A stretch of DNA of 64,000 bases. Source: Opitutales bacterium. GTDB lineage: Bacteria; Verrucomicrobiota; Verrucomicrobiia; Opitutales; JBHJGM01. Shown piece after piece: positions 9,206 to 19,430 of this stretch (its first letter is position 1; the number at the start of each line of letters is the position of its first letter). A program made the position numbers and the translations under genes. Location: contig JBHJGM010000009.1 of assembly GCA_050331815.1 (NCBI GenBank), forward strand, positions 11,187-75,186, in the 5' to 3' direction. A model generated the notes under the pieces. The model saw nothing but the letters and a program-made list of their open reading frames with translations, searched no databases and was not told the origin of the DNA.

Positions 9206-9823
9206 TCAATCGCTGCGCGAACGCCGGGAACGCTTGCCGCCACGGCGTTTGCGGCCCCCGCCCTTACGCGCGGCTTCACCAGCCCCGGAGTCCCCGCCCT
9301 TCTTGCCGCCCTTGCTTCCGTCCAAGCGACGGCGGCGGTTCTTGAGGATGCGCTTGAGCTTGCCCCGTAGATCGCGCCGCACGATGTAACCGATGCAGCG
9401 CTCGGTCCCGCACTTGCACGGGTGCTCCATGAAAGTGGCCAGATCGTAGCCGTAGTCGAAAGTCAGCTCTTCGCCCTCGGCAATGTCACGGCGCGAGTAG
9501 ATGTAAATCTTACCGCGCTGGTTGATCGCCTCGCAATTTTCCTCGCAAGAATGGTTGATGAAACGCGCGATGTTATCGGGCACGTTGCCGTCCAGATCGT
9601 AGCGCTTGTTCAGGTCAAAAATGTAGACCAGGCCTTCGCCGCTTTCGCGCGCCTGCTCCTCCCACTCCAGCGCGCGGCGCTCGGATTCCTTCTTGGTGAT
9701 TTTCTCACCGATGTACTCGATTACGCGCGTACCCTTGGGAATGTCGGCGGTGGCAAACAGCCCCCGGTTGTGAATGCCCGACTCGCGTAACTCGTAGAGT
9801 GCTTCGCTGCTCTCGTCCCTCAT
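9206..9823 (-). CDS. SET-domain protein-lysine methyltransferase-like protein with a highly basic C-terminal tail
   Basis: [37 protein letters not shown] (NHSC), EELTFDY and a post-[15 protein letters not shown] cluster. ATG at 9823 is preferred over the longer ORF start at 9892. Confidence 0.85.
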   Translation of the reverse strand: MRDESSEALYELRESGIHNRGLFATADIPKGTRVIEYIGEKITKKESERRALEWEEQARESGEGLVYIFDLNKRYDLDGNVPDNIARFINHSCEENCEAINQRGKIYIYSRRDIAEGEELTFDYGYDLATFMEHPCKCGTERCIGYIVRRDLRGKLKRILKNRRRRLDGSKGGKKGGDSGAGEAARKGGGRKRRGGKRSRRSRSD

Positions 9824-9904
9824 TGCGTTAGCTAAAACCGCAGGTTTGGATCGGCTTTGCGAAAATGCAATGACAAAGGCGCGGCTTTGCAAAAGTCCAG
9901 CCGG

Positions 9905-10180
9905 CTAGCTCGGGAACAAGCGATTGGCCGGCACCTGTTCGTTGAGAGAACGCCGGAAGAAGGCCTCGGCTTCGGCGACGAGCTTGCTGTACTTCTTGTA
10001 GTCGCCCGTCCAGGAATTCTGGATACACACGCGTTTGAGCACGCCGCCGCTCAGCTTGCCCAGGGGGTTGTACAATGGCTGAAATTCGACGATCAGGTGT
10101 GGCTCCCGCGAGCGCTTGACGTGGATGTGCGTGCCGTCGACGCACTCTTGCTCGATCAGGATGTAGTCGCTCAGCGCCAT
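9905..10180 (-). CDS. Hypothetical small protein (91 aa)
   Basis: GC-rich third codon positions on hand inspection. Co-directional between gpsA and the SET gene. No recognisable motif. Confidence 0.5.
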   Translation of the reverse strand: MALSDYILIEQECVDGTHIHVKRSREPHLIVEFQPLYNPLGKLSGGVLKRVCIQNSWTGDYKKYSKLVAEAEAFFRRSLNEQVPANRLFPS

Positions 10181-10229
10181 CGTAGCCTACGTTGGCGGGA
10201 AACCTTGGAGGGGTCAACGCCTGGGCGCA

Positions 10230-11231
10230 TCAGGCCTCCGCCTTCAAATCGCGCTGCATGAGGCGCGCCATGGCTTCCTTCGGATCGGCCTGCCCATCCA
10301 CGACCGCGCAAACTTCTCGCAAAATCGGTGCCTCAAGCTGGTCCTGCCGCGCCTTCTCGTAAAAAAGCCCGCTGGAGCGATGTCCTTCGACTACGCCTGC
10401 GCAGGCTTCCACCCAGTCAACAGCGGATTGTCCCTGGCCCAGCGCCACGCCAAAGCTGCGGTTGCGGCTCCAGGCTCCGTGGCTGGTGGCCACCAGATCG
10501 CCAAAGCCGCTCAATCCGTAAAAAGTTTCGGGGCGCCCCCCCCAGGCCGTCCCCAAGCGGGTCATCTCGGCCATAGCACGCGTCAGGAGCGCGGCCCGGG
10601 CGTTGTCACCCAGCCTCAGGCCGTCACTGACGCCCGCCGCGATCGCATAAACATTCTTCAGGCTGCCACCGATCTCGACGCCGCGCACGTCGTCACTGCG
10701 GTAAACCCGCAAGGCCTCTCCGCTGAGGGCCTCCTGCATCTCGATGGCCTTGGACGCCTCCGCGCCGCTGGCCAGCACCAGCGCTGTCGGCAACCCCTGG
10801 GCGACGTCCGCCGCGTGCGACGGACCCGAAAGAATCCCGCACTGGATATCGGGCAAGGCCTCCGTCATCACCTCGCTGGGCAGCTTCGATGCTGCGGGGT
10901 CCAGACCTTTACAAAGTGCCAGCACCAACGGCTCGGCCCAGGCATCTACCAGATGGGGACGCACGCGCTCGCAGGCGGCCCGCAAGCCCGCCGAGGGACA
11001 GGCCAACACGATCATCCGCGCCTCCATAACGACTGGGCGCACCTCGCAGCCCACCTGCAAATCGTAGGGCAGTTCGAAACCTGGCAGGTACGCCTGATTG
11101 ATTCGCGAGCTGGCAATCTCCAGCGCCTGCTCGATGCGGCGCGGGGCCAGCGTCACGCGGTGTCCTTCACGCTGCAGGTGCATGGCCAACGCGGTCCCCC
11201 AAGCACCGGCACCAATCACGGCGATGTTCAT
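10230..11231 (-). CDS. gpsA: NAD(P)H-dependent glycerol-3-phosphate dehydrogenase
   Basis: 333 aa with MNIAVIGAGAWGTALA Rossmann start and the GSLKNVYAIAAG motif. Confidence 0.9.
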   Translation of the reverse strand: MNIAVIGAGAWGTALAMHLQREGHRVTLAPRRIEQALEIASSRINQAYLPGFELPYDLQVGCEVRPVVMEARMIVLACPSAGLRAACERVRPHLVDAWAEPLVLALCKGLDPAASKLPSEVMTEALPDIQCGILSGPSHAADVAQGLPTALVLASGAEASKAIEMQEALSGEALRVYRSDDVRGVEIGGSLKNVYAIAAGVSDGLRLGDNARAALLTRAMAEMTRLGTAWGGRPETFYGLSGFGDLVATSHGAWSRNRSFGVALGQGQSAVDWVEACAGVVEGHRSSGLFYEKARQDQLEAPILREVCAVVDGQADPKEAMARLMQRDLKAEA

Positions 11232-12019
11232 TCCGGAAAGCTCCTTTCCCGCACGGCCTGCGCGTAAGCCTCAAAGGCGGCCTGGGCAGCCGTTTTCAAG
11301 TCGGCAAATTCCTTCACAAAGCCCGGTACGTGCCCCGGGTTGAGCCCGAGCAAGTCGGTGCTGACCAGCACCTGTCCGTCGCACTTCGGACCGCAGCCAA
11401 TCCCGATGGTCGGCACCTGCAAGGCGGCGGTGATTTCGGCCGCCACGTCGGCCTGGACCATTTCCATCAACACCGAAAAGCAGCCCGCGGCTTCGAGTGC
11501 CTGGGCATCTTCGAGCAAACGGTTTCGCTCCGCGGTGTCCTTGCCAAATTTACGGTAACCGCCCAGTTCGTGAAAGCGCTGCGGCTGCAGGCCGATGTGG
11601 CCCATTACCGGGATGCCTGAGTCCAAGAGGGGAGCCAGCTTAGGCGCGAGGGAACGCCCGCCCTCGATCTTCAGGGCATCCGCCCCGCCCTCCTGCATCA
11701 GGCGCCCCCCGGCCTCCAGCAGTGTGCCGTTGGCCCCAAAGGCGATCCCGAAGGGCAGATCCGCGATAACCATGGCGCTTGGACGGGCCCGGCGGACCGC
11801 CGCGGTGTGGTGAAGCATCATCTCCAACGTAACCGGCACGGTCGTATCGAAGCCCAACAGCGTCGTGCCCACCGAGTCGCCCACCAAGAGACAATCCACG
11901 CCCGCGGCGTCCGCCAGCTTCGCGGTGATCGCGTCGTAGGCGGTCACCATGACGAGGGGGCGTTCACCCTTGCATTGGCGAAAGCTGCGGGTGTTCATGG
12001 GCGTGTCCTTGGATGGCAT
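11228..12019 (-). CDS. panB: 3-methyl-2-oxobutanoate hydroxymethyltransferase
   Basis: 263 aa with VMVTAYDAITAKLADAAGVDCLLVGDSVG and ALKIEGG motifs. 4-nt overlap with gpsA. Confidence 0.92.
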   Translation of the reverse strand: MPSKDTPMNTRSFRQCKGERPLVMVTAYDAITAKLADAAGVDCLLVGDSVGTTLLGFDTTVPVTLEMMLHHTAAVRRARPSAMVIADLPFGIAFGANGTLLEAGGRLMQEGGADALKIEGGRSLAPKLAPLLDSGIPVMGHIGLQPQRFHELGGYRKFGKDTAERNRLLEDAQALEAAGCFSVLMEMVQADVAAEITAALQVPTIGIGCGPKCDGQVLVSTDLLGLNPGHVPGFVKEFADLKTAAQAAFEAYAQAVRERSFPE

Positions 12020-12043
12020 TGATGCTAAAAAACGGGAGCTTTC

Positions 12044-12343
12044 GTGCGATGGCCCCTGGGGGCAAGCTCACAACCCAACCGGATGTTCCAACCGATCTAC
12101 CGATGGCTCTGGCGGCGACGGATGCGCAAACCCTCGCGCACGCTGCTGATGGGCGGCCAGGAGGCCCGGGCGACCATGCCGTTGTGGCGGCACCGTCCGC
12201 TGACGCGCGCCGTCTTTACTCGGGCCGACCGCTGGGGCTACCTTTGGCGGTGGACGCGGCGGATGGCGCTGGCCATTGGGTTGGTCTTCCTGCTGTGGTT
12301 TGCCTACGAGAGCCTCGGCGCGATTGGGTTTTTTCAACGCTGA
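12044..12343 (+). CDS. Hypothetical small Arg/Trp-rich protein with one C-terminal transmembrane helix
   Basis: 99 aa ORF with high GC3 and C-terminal MALAIGLVFLLWFAY. A start at the Met at 12083 is more plausible. No homolog recognised. Confidence 0.35.
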   Translation: MRWPLGASSQPNRMFQPIYRWLWRRRMRKPSRTLLMGGQEARATMPLWRHRPLTRAVFTRADRWGYLWRWTRRMALAIGLVFLLWFAYESLGAIGFFQR

Positions 12344-12475
12344 GGTGTCCGCTGCTTGCGTCAAGAAAACGGTTGCCTTAACCGCCTGCCCACAGGAACA
12401 TCCGCCATTCAAGACGACGCGCCAAACGGACGGGAGGGAACGTCCGGGCCGCCGCACCCCGTTTCACCGTACACC

Positions 12476-13018
12476 ATGCTAGCTACGTCGTTTCGCGAAA
12501 AAACCGCGTTTGACCGGGAAGATCTGCTGCGCTGCGCGCGCGGCGAAGTTTTTGGGCCGGAAAATGGACGCCTGCCCCTGCCCAACCTGCTCATGTTCGA
12601 CCGCATCGTGTCGGTCGAGATCGATGGCGGGCGGCACGGCTACGGACAGGTCGTGGCCGAGTTCGACATCAATCCCGACCTCTGGTTTTTCAAGTGCCAC
12701 TTTCTGGGCGACCCGGTCATGCCTGGCTGCCTCGGCCTCGATGCAATGTGGCAACTGCTGGGCTTTTTCCTGACCTGGAAGGGTTGTCCCGGTCTCGGGC
12801 GAGCCCTCGGCGTAGGCGATGTACGCTTTCGTGGCCAGGTGCAGCCCGACGCCAAACTCGTGCGCTACATCATCGACGTGCGACGCATCGTCGAGCGCAA
12901 GTTTACTCTCGGCATCGGCGATGGCGTGCTCGAATCCGACGGCCAGCCGATCTATCACGTGGAGGGGCTGCGGGTCGGGCTCTTCACCGACCTCAAGGAA
13001 GGCGCGGAGAATTCCTGA
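12476..13018 (+). CDS. fabA: 3-hydroxydecanoyl-ACP dehydratase/isomerase
   Basis: [33 protein letters not shown] and [29 protein letters not shown] (FabA active-site His region). The in-frame ATG at 12476 gives the canonical length. Confidence 0.9.
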   Translation: MLATSFREKTAFDREDLLRCARGEVFGPENGRLPLPNLLMFDRIVSVEIDGGRHGYGQVVAEFDINPDLWFFKCHFLGDPVMPGCLGLDAMWQLLGFFLTWKGCPGLGRALGVGDVRFRGQVQPDAKLVRYIIDVRRIVERKFTLGIGDGVLESDGQPIYHVEGLRVGLFTDLKEGAENS

Positions 13019-15353
13019 GGCTCTCCAGCCAGTTCACAAAGTCTGCCTCGTCGAGAATTCGGCGTCCCTCCTGGTATTCAATCCCCAGTAACGCCGCGTA
13101 GTCGGGTTGGGCAAAACGCTTTCCGTGCAGCAGGATAACCGCGGTCTGCCCGGGCGCGCGCACCAGTCGGCCCAACGCCTGATTCACCTTTCGCAGCCCG
13201 GGTATCTGGTAGACTGTGCGAAAGGCCGCGTTGCGCCCGCCGGGTTGACTGCGTTCCATTCGGGCTTTCTGAAGCGCATTCACCTCTGGCAGCGCAGGGC
13301 CCACGATCATGGCCCGTTCGATGCGTCCGCCCAGCAGGTCCACGCCCTCGGCAAAGCTGCCGCCTAGCACCAAAAAAAGCGCATCGGCAAAGATCAACGC
13401 CTCGTAAATCCACTCCTGCTGGCCGGCCAGATCGAAGCCACGCGGCTGCACTACCACGCGAAAGGCCGGGTCCATCGCCTGCAGGTGCGCCTGAACTGCC
13501 GCCGCGTACCGATACGACGGAAAGAAAACCGCGATGGGCTGGCCACCGTCGGCATGAAAAGCCGAAACCGTCCGCGCGGTCACAGGGTGGTAGCTGTCCC
13601 GATGCGCATAGCGCGTATCCACCCGGCAATCGACGGCCACGCGGTAGGCCGCCTCGCGCCAGAGTGCCTGCGCGGAAATCCAGCGTGCCTGCCCGGGCTC
13701 CAGACCCAGCGAAGCCTCCATCGCCTCCTGAGGTGTCAACGTGGCCGACATCAACAGACTGCAACCGAAGTCCCGCAGCGACTGGCCGATCTCCCTGGAG
13801 GCGTCCAGGCAATCCAGGCGCAGCTCGCCATTTTTCGGCGACCACAGCAGCTTTTCGATCGCCTCGTTCTCGTAAAGCTGACGCAGCGCCGGTAACTCCC
13901 AAAGCGCTTCGATCAGTGCGGGGCCGACGCGTTCAAAATCCAGCGGCACCTGCATAACAGCCTCGCTCAATACTTCCAGGTGCGCCGCCAGTTCCATCTC
14001 AACGGTCGGCGAATGCGCCTCGCTGGCTTCCAGACCCTCCAGAAATTCCACCCAGGCCACCCACGGTGAACGCAAGGCTGCCGGGGCCAGCGCGGCACGC
14101 AGACCGTCTTCGATCTCGGCGGCTTCGGCAGCGCTGGCAAAGCCCGAGCAAGCCGCCGCCGCGCGCTCGGGCAGGTTGTGCGCCTCGTCGACGATTAGCA
14201 GCGTCCGCCGGGCGTTGAAGCCCAGTTGTTCCAGAAACACCCCGCGATGCCTGGGCGAAAACACATAGTTGAAATCGCCTACCCAGATATCCGCCCACGG
14301 CAGCAGCGTGCGGGCAATCTCGTATGGGCAGATGCCGTGCAGGCGCGCCTGGCTGCGCAGTTCATCACCGGAAACCGTCGGCCCCTTTCCAAAAATCCCG
14401 AGCGGGTGCAGCCCGCTGCGCTCCCAACGCGCCTCGACCTGTTCACGGCAGGCGGGCCCCGGCCCCGCGCACCCACTGACCGGGCAACCCGAGGTCGTTT
14501 CCGCCCGTCCGCGCATCTGAAAATAGCGCAGGCTCTCCGGCTCGAGCATCGCATCCAACTGGCGGGTTACTTCGAGTTGGCCCGTGGATTTTCCCGTCGC
14601 GTAAATGACGTGCGTCCAGTGGCCGTCGCGCAGCCCCTCCAGTGCCCACTGCCAGGCCAGGCCGGTTTTGCCGAAACCCGTCGGCGCTTCCATCAACAGC
14701 TTCGCTGCCCCGGCCCCAACCGCCTGACGCAGTTGCGCCAACGCATCGGCCTGACCCTCGCGCAAGGTCGCAAAGGCCGGCTTCACCGTCAGCGTGGCCC
14801 GGCGGGTTTGCGCTTGCCAGCGCTCCTCCAGAAAACGAACCATCTGCCGCGCCTGGGCACGGACCAGCGCCTCACCTTCAGCCGCCGATTCCATCGCCAG
14901 CACCTGCTGAAAGCCGTCGCGCAGCCCGACAAAAACCAGTTCCGCGTCCACCGGGGGCGCATCCGCGAGGATTTGTGCCAGAAACTGGTACGCCGCCACC
15001 TGCCGCAGGTACTCGGGATAGGCTGCGCGCAAGGTTTCCGCATCCTCGGGCAGCGAGCGCTGGACCGTCTTGACCTCGCGGATACACGGGCGCGCGCCGT
15101 CGAGCCACTGGTCCACCCGCCCCTGCAGCTCAAAGCGCCAGCCCGACTCCAGAAGGACGCCCTCGATGGGGACTTCGAAGCGGGCGGCAGCCGTGGTCCG
15201 CTCCAGGTCGCTGCGCAGGGTCTGATGCCAGATGGTACCGGCCTGAGCCCGCCAGGGTGCGAAGCCACCACGTCCGCCGGTCGGCCCGACCTTAAACGAA
15301 GCAAACTCCCCGACGCTCAGGCTGACCCGGCGCTCTCCCACATGCAACTGCAC
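12993..15353 (-). CDS. DinG/XPD-family (Rad3-like) Fe-S DNA helicase fused to an N-terminal PD-(D/E)XK RecB/Cas4-like nuclease domain
   Basis: 786 aa. Nuclease motifs GRVD(81)..IRE(93)VK(95)T..YLRQ(118)VAAY(122). Helicase motif [15 protein letters not shown] box [10 protein letters not shown], and a Cys cluster [22 protein letters not shown] consistent with the XPD/DinG 4Fe-4S domain. Confidence 0.8.
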   Translation of the reverse strand: MQLHVGERRVSLSVGEFASFKVGPTGGRGGFAPWRAQAGTIWHQTLRSDLERTTAAARFEVPIEGVLLESGWRFELQGRVDQWLDGARPCIREVKTVQRSLPEDAETLRAAYPEYLRQVAAYQFLAQILADAPPVDAELVFVGLRDGFQQVLAMESAAEGEALVRAQARQMVRFLEERWQAQTRRATLTVKPAFATLREGQADALAQLRQAVGAGAAKLLMEAPTGFGKTGLAWQWALEGLRDGHWTHVIYATGKSTGQLEVTRQLDAMLEPESLRYFQMRGRAETTSGCPVSGCAGPGPACREQVEARWERSGLHPLGIFGKGPTVSGDELRSQARLHGICPYEIARTLLPWADIWVGDFNYVFSPRHRGVFLEQLGFNARRTLLIVDEAHNLPERAAAACSGFASAAEAAEIEDGLRAALAPAALRSPWVAWVEFLEGLEASEAHSPTVEMELAAHLEVLSEAVMQVPLDFERVGPALIEALWELPALRQLYENEAIEKLLWSPKNGELRLDCLDASREIGQSLRDFGCSLLMSATLTPQEAMEASLGLEPGQARWISAQALWREAAYRVAVDCRVDTRYAHRDSYHPVTARTVSAFHADGGQPIAVFFPSYRYAAAVQAHLQAMDPAFRVVVQPRGFDLAGQQEWIYEALIFADALFLVLGGSFAEGVDLLGGRIERAMIVGPALPEVNALQKARMERSQPGGRNAAFRTVYQIPGLRKVNQALGRLVRAPGQTAVILLHGKRFAQPDYAALLGIEYQEGRRILDEADFVNWLESLRNSPRLP

Positions 15354-15409
15354 CCCGCGACCTTCGCCGAGCCCGTCGGCAAGGCAAGCCCGATGCGCGT
15401 CTGCACCCG

Positions 15410-16291
15410 CTACGGGCGCGGCGTAAACGTGCGCTCGAGGCGTTGAGCCACTTCAGCCCAGCCGTCGCGGGTGGCCACCGGCTGAAACAACTCCGGCGCA
15501 ATCCGCTCGTTGACCGAGGCCCGCAAAAGCGTCGCCGACTCGGCCAGATGCCCCGAGAGGTGATACTCCCAGCGGCTCGGCAACCAAAACCCCTCGATGC
15601 GCGTATACTTGACGATGCGCAGCTCGCAGGGAACAAGCAGGTCACCCACCGCGCGCCAGTACAGCCGGCGCGTCAGCAGAAAGGTCTTGCGGTCAAAGTC
15701 GAGCGTCTCGGTCAGGCCCGTTGGGTGATGCACCCGCACCCGATACACCGCGCGTCCGCCCCACTCCGCCTCGCCTTTGAAATCCAGGACAGAGCCGGCG
15801 GCAGCCCAGTGGTGCAAGGGGTCCGGGAAGCTGCGCCCCTGCAGCATGAAGTGCCGGTGCTGGCCGGAGATAAAACGAAAGGACGGCTCGGTCTCGGACA
15901 ACAAAAGCGACCAGGCACTGTGCCCGTCAAAACCGATGACGTCCGAAAAATCCTCACCCAAAAGCTTGCGTACCTCGACCCGCAAAAAAGCGCCATCGGC
16001 GCGCGCGATCTCGCGAATGATGCGTTCGGTGCCTCCCCGCGCCAGCCGGTACTCCAAACGCCGCGTGCGCAATTCTGCGAGCGGGCGCCCGCCGCCGAGC
16101 ACCTTCAGGTAGTTCTGCACCACCTTGGCCGCATTCACGTTGGTGCGCGCAGGCAGCGGCTCGGTCAGTTCGTGCCAGTTCTCGATCGGGTGCGTGTGTT
16201 CGCTCTCGGGCGCAGGCAGGCTCACCTGCCCCTGCAACGGCAAGGCAAGCAGCAGGATCGTTGTAAGCACGCGGGGGAGCGATAGACTCAT
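15410..16291 (-). CDS. Hypothetical secreted protein
   Basis: Signal peptide MSLSLPRVLTTILLLALPLQG from the Met at 16291 (the ORF extends to 16330). No catalytic motif recognised. Confidence 0.6.
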   Translation of the reverse strand: MSLSLPRVLTTILLLALPLQGQVSLPAPESEHTHPIENWHELTEPLPARTNVNAAKVVQNYLKVLGGGRPLAELRTRRLEYRLARGGTERIIREIARADGAFLRVEVRKLLGEDFSDVIGFDGHSAWSLLLSETEPSFRFISGQHRHFMLQGRSFPDPLHHWAAAGSVLDFKGEAEWGGRAVYRVRVHHPTGLTETLDFDRKTFLLTRRLYWRAVGDLLVPCELRIVKYTRIEGFWLPSRWEYHLSGHLAESATLLRASVNERIAPELFQPVATRDGWAEVAQRLERTFTPRP

Positions 16292-16341
16292 CACCCCCTT
16301 TATCGAAGGAACTTCGCCCCGCTTTACCACCCGGTTACTTC

Positions 16342-16977
16342 TCAGGGATCCAGATAAAAGTCCGTGCCACGCCGCATCCAGTGCTCCAGAGATTCCAAGA
16401 GCAGGCGCAAATCGGGAAGCTCGCTGGGAAGGTCAGCGAGGGGCGTGGCGAGGAAGTTCCGCGCCTGAGTGGCCAACGCTGCCTCAAGGCCTTGCAGCCA
16501 CTGCTCGCGCACCGCGTAGCCCTCGTCCTGACAGATGCGCACGAGTGCCTTGAAGTGAACCACCTCGGCGGGCGCGCCCTCGGCCAGGCAATCCAGGGCA
16601 GTCCGCGTCAACGCCAGCAGCGCGGCGGTTTCCGGCAGGTGGCCCGCGTTGCGAGCTACGAAGGCAGCCAGGCGGCTTGCAGCCTTGAATCCCGCATAAT
16701 TCCGGGCCAGGTCGCCGCGCCGCTTTTCGAGCCGAAATTCTTTTACAAACTGGCCGTCCCCCTGACGCGCCCGCTCGAGCGCGAATTCGCCATCGTCGAA
16801 AAGATCCGGAGCCTCTCCCGCCTGCTTGGCCTGCGTGCGCGAGATCCGCCAGAAGGGCTGCAGCAAGCCCTGCTCGGCCGTCAAAAACGCCAGACGCAAG
16901 TGGTGCTCGCCAGCTGGTTGGCGATCCAGCACGAGGCCCTCGGCCGTGGAAAACCGCTCGCTGGCGGCGGCGCTCAT
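16342..16977 (-). CDS. recO: RecO-like DNA repair protein (tentative)
   Basis: 211 aa. N-terminal AEGLVLDRQPAGEHHLRLAFLTAEQGLL resembles the RecO OB-fold start, followed by a helical region. No zinc-finger Cys pairs seen. Confidence 0.45.
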   Translation of the reverse strand: MSAAASERFSTAEGLVLDRQPAGEHHLRLAFLTAEQGLLQPFWRISRTQAKQAGEAPDLFDDGEFALERARQGDGQFVKEFRLEKRRGDLARNYAGFKAASRLAAFVARNAGHLPETAALLALTRTALDCLAEGAPAEVVHFKALVRICQDEGYAVREQWLQGLEAALATQARNFLATPLADLPSELPDLRLLLESLEHWMRRGTDFYLDP

Positions 16978-17696
16978 TCGGACTTGACGGAGGGGGTGGC
17001 TTCGGTGGAGACGCCCGCTTCCACGGCGGCAGGGTTGTTCAGCGCGACCGGCTCATGCTGATTCTCATCCAGGGTGTACTCGGGCACCACCGCGCCCCCG
17101 GAAATAATCAGCTTCATGCCGTCGCCGATGGACATCTCCAACTCCCGCACTTCCTCCTCGGGAATCATTAACAAAAAGCCGCTGGTCGGGTTCGGCGTGG
17201 TCGGCACAAAGACGTTCACCACGTCGCCCTTGGTCAGGGCCTGTACCTCGCCCTTGGCGTCGCTGGTCAGAAAGCCCAGCGCGTAAGCCCCACGCCGCGG
17301 ATACTCCACCAGCACAACCTTTTGAAAGACCGCCTTCTGCTGCTTGGAAAAGGTGTCCACGATCTGCTTCACCACGCGGTAAACCGAATTCACAAACGGC
17401 AGGGCATCGATCACGCGCTCAAAAACCGCGATGACGTACCGGCCCAAAAAGTACCGCGAGGCGATCCCCAGGAGCGTGATCAAAAAGACCACGATCAGCG
17501 TCGAAACAAAGGAAAAGACGTACCAGTTGACCGTGTTTTGCCGCGGCGGGTCCAGCTTGAGCACGTTCTCGAAGAACAAACGGGTGGTCGGATCGCCCAC
17601 ATTCACCAGCAACAGGTTAATGACGAAAATAGTGACTCCCAACGGGAGTAACAGCACCAGCCCGGTGATGAATGCGTTACGCAGATAGATAACCAT
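16974..17696 (-). CDS. DUF502-family membrane protein
   Basis: 240 aa. N-terminus MVIYLRNAFITGLVLLLPLGVTIFV and the later PTTPNPTSGFLLMIP motif are typical of DUF502. 4-nt overlap with the downstream gene. Confidence 0.8.
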   Translation of the reverse strand: MVIYLRNAFITGLVLLLPLGVTIFVINLLLVNVGDPTTRLFFENVLKLDPPRQNTVNWYVFSFVSTLIVVFLITLLGIASRYFLGRYVIAVFERVIDALPFVNSVYRVVKQIVDTFSKQQKAVFQKVVLVEYPRRGAYALGFLTSDAKGEVQALTKGDVVNVFVPTTPNPTSGFLLMIPEEEVRELEMSIGDGMKLIISGGAVVPEYTLDENQHEPVALNNPAAVEAGVSTEATPSVKSE

Positions 17697-17813
17697 CTTG
17701 AATCCCTGAGTCTCGTCGCGAACGGCCTCGGTTCCCAGCCAGAAAAGTGCCGAAGCGTGCCCGGAAGCAAGCCGCTTTGCACCGTGGCGGTTCCTGCCCG
17801 CCCCAAATCGCAG

Positions 17814-19430
17814 CTAGGCGCGCGCCGCTGCGCGCTCGCCAGGTGGACCTCCGTTGGCGGCCAGCGGCTGTATCATGGTTTTGAGTACGCGCCGTTCATG
17901 CTGGGCGGCGACCTGTTTCTTGATCAGACCCAAACCCTCAAGCCGCGCGTCGCGGGCCCATTCGTAAATCCGTACGTACTGCCGCGCCGAACGCTCCCAG
18001 GAAAAATCCTGCACCATGGCCCGTTGCTGCATCGCCTCGTAGTGGTGGCGGCGGTCGTACCAGGTCGAGCAGGCCCAGCCGATGGTGTAATACAGCGCAT
18101 GTTCGTTGGGCTGGTCAAAGCGAAAGCCTGTTCCCTCCCCCGTAGCCTCGTTGTAGCTCTCCACCGTGTCGACCAGCCCGCCGGTGGCACGAACGATCGG
18201 CAGCGTCCCGTACTTGAGCGAATACAACTGGTTCAGCCCGCACGGCTCAAAGCGGCTGGGCATCACAAAAAAGTCCGAACCCGCTTCGACCAGATGCGCC
18301 AGTTGCTCGCTGTAACCGATGAAGCTGCCGACGCGTCCCGGGTAGCGTCCGGCCAGCTCGCGAAACTCTCCTTCCAGCGTCGGATCGCCCGCCCCAAGCA
18401 CAACGATTTGCACCGACATCTCAGCCATGATCCGCGGCACAATCGCCGCCAGCCAATCCAGACCCTTCTGGTCATACAGCCGCGAGATCACTCCGAAAAT
18501 CGGCAGCTCGGGATTCATTTCCAGGCCCAGGTGTTCCTGAAGAGCCCGCTTGCAGTGGGCTTTCCCAGACAAATTCTCTGCGGTGTAATTGGCCGGCAGG
18601 TGCGCGTCGGTGGCGGGATTCCAGGTATCGTAATCGACCCCGTTGAGCACCCCGATCAAATCAGCCGCTCGGAAGCGCACCACCTGATCGAGCCCGCAGC
18701 CGTAGGCGTGCGTTTTGATCTCCTCGGCGTAATGCGGACTGACGGTTGTCAGTTTGGTGGCGTTGTAGAGGCCGCCTTTCAAGTAGTTGGCGAAGCCGAC
18801 CGACTCCAGATCGTCGGGCCGGAACACCTCCGGGGGCAGCCCGGCCCAGTCCAGCACCTCGCGCGGAAAAATTCCCTGATGCTGCAGGTTATGGATGGTG
18901 AAGACGCTCGCGCAACGGCCCAGCGGGGTGTGCAGCTCTGTCGTGTTTAGAAAGACCGGAATGAGCCCGACGGTCCAATCATGCGCGTGGATGACATCGG
19001 GCTGCCAGTCCAGGTGGCGGCACAGCTCGATGGCGGCTTTGGCAAAAAAGGCAAAGCGGGCGCCGTTGTCCCCATGCGCCCCCCAGGGCCCCGAATAGAT
19101 TTCTGGGCGCTGGAAGTATTTGTTAAACTCCAAAAAGTACATCGGCGCGGCGGTCTGGGGGTAGCGCGTTTCCCAAACGCGCCCGTAATCCTCCTGGCCG
19201 TAGCCTAGGTGCACATGCACGGGGGTCTTGCGGGCTTGCCAGTCATCCCCGCGCTGGATGCTGCCGTACAGCGGACAAAAACCGCGGACATCCACGCCGA
19301 GCCGATGCAGCGCCTTGGTCAGCGAGCCGGCCATGTCGCCCAGCCCGCCAATCTTGGCGTAGGGCGCCACTTCGGGCGAAACGGATAAAATGCGTAGGGG
19401 GCGAACTTCAGCAGCGTCGACGTCGCTCAT
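17814..19430 (-). CDS. glgA: Glycogen/starch synthase (GT5) with a C-terminal extension
   Basis: 538 aa with RILSVSPEVAPYAKIGGLGDMAGSLTKAL (KxGGL motif), IHAHDW, and the C-terminal MPSRFEPCGLNQLYSLKYGTLPIVRATGGL. Confidence 0.9.
   Translation of the reverse strand: MSDVDAAEVRPLRILSVSPEVAPYAKIGGLGDMAGSLTKALHRLGVDVRGFCPLYGSIQRGDDWQARKTPVHVHLGYGQEDYGRVWETRYPQTAAPMYFLEFNKYFQRPEIYSGPWGAHGDNGARFAFFAKAAIELCRHLDWQPDVIHAHDWTVGLIPVFLNTTELHTPLGRCASVFTIHNLQHQGIFPREVLDWAGLPPEVFRPDDLESVGFANYLKGGLYNATKLTTVSPHYAEEIKTHAYGCGLDQVVRFRAADLIGVLNGVDYDTWNPATDAHLPANYTAENLSGKAHCKRALQEHLGLEMNPELPIFGVISRLYDQKGLDWLAAIVPRIMAEMSVQIVVLGAGDPTLEGEFRELAGRYPGRVGSFIGYSEQLAHLVEAGSDFFVMPSRFEPCGLNQLYSLKYGTLPIVRATGGLVDTVESYNEATGEGTGFRFDQPNEHALYYTIGWACSTWYDRRHHYEAMQQRAMVQDFSWERSARQYVRIYEWARDARLEGLGLIKKQVAAQHERRVLKTMIQPLAANGGPPGERAAARA

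Noticed and set aside
14226-15446. 406 aa plus-strand ORF, and similar long ORFs at 17757..18950, 23145..24419, 49001..50125, 53259..54674, 58343..59374 and 60545..61420
   Set aside because: All are antisense or off-frame shadows of confidently identified genes (helicase, glgA, 7TM-HD, nuoN, nuoL, nuoG, nuoF). They have low-complexity R/G/P/H-rich translations.
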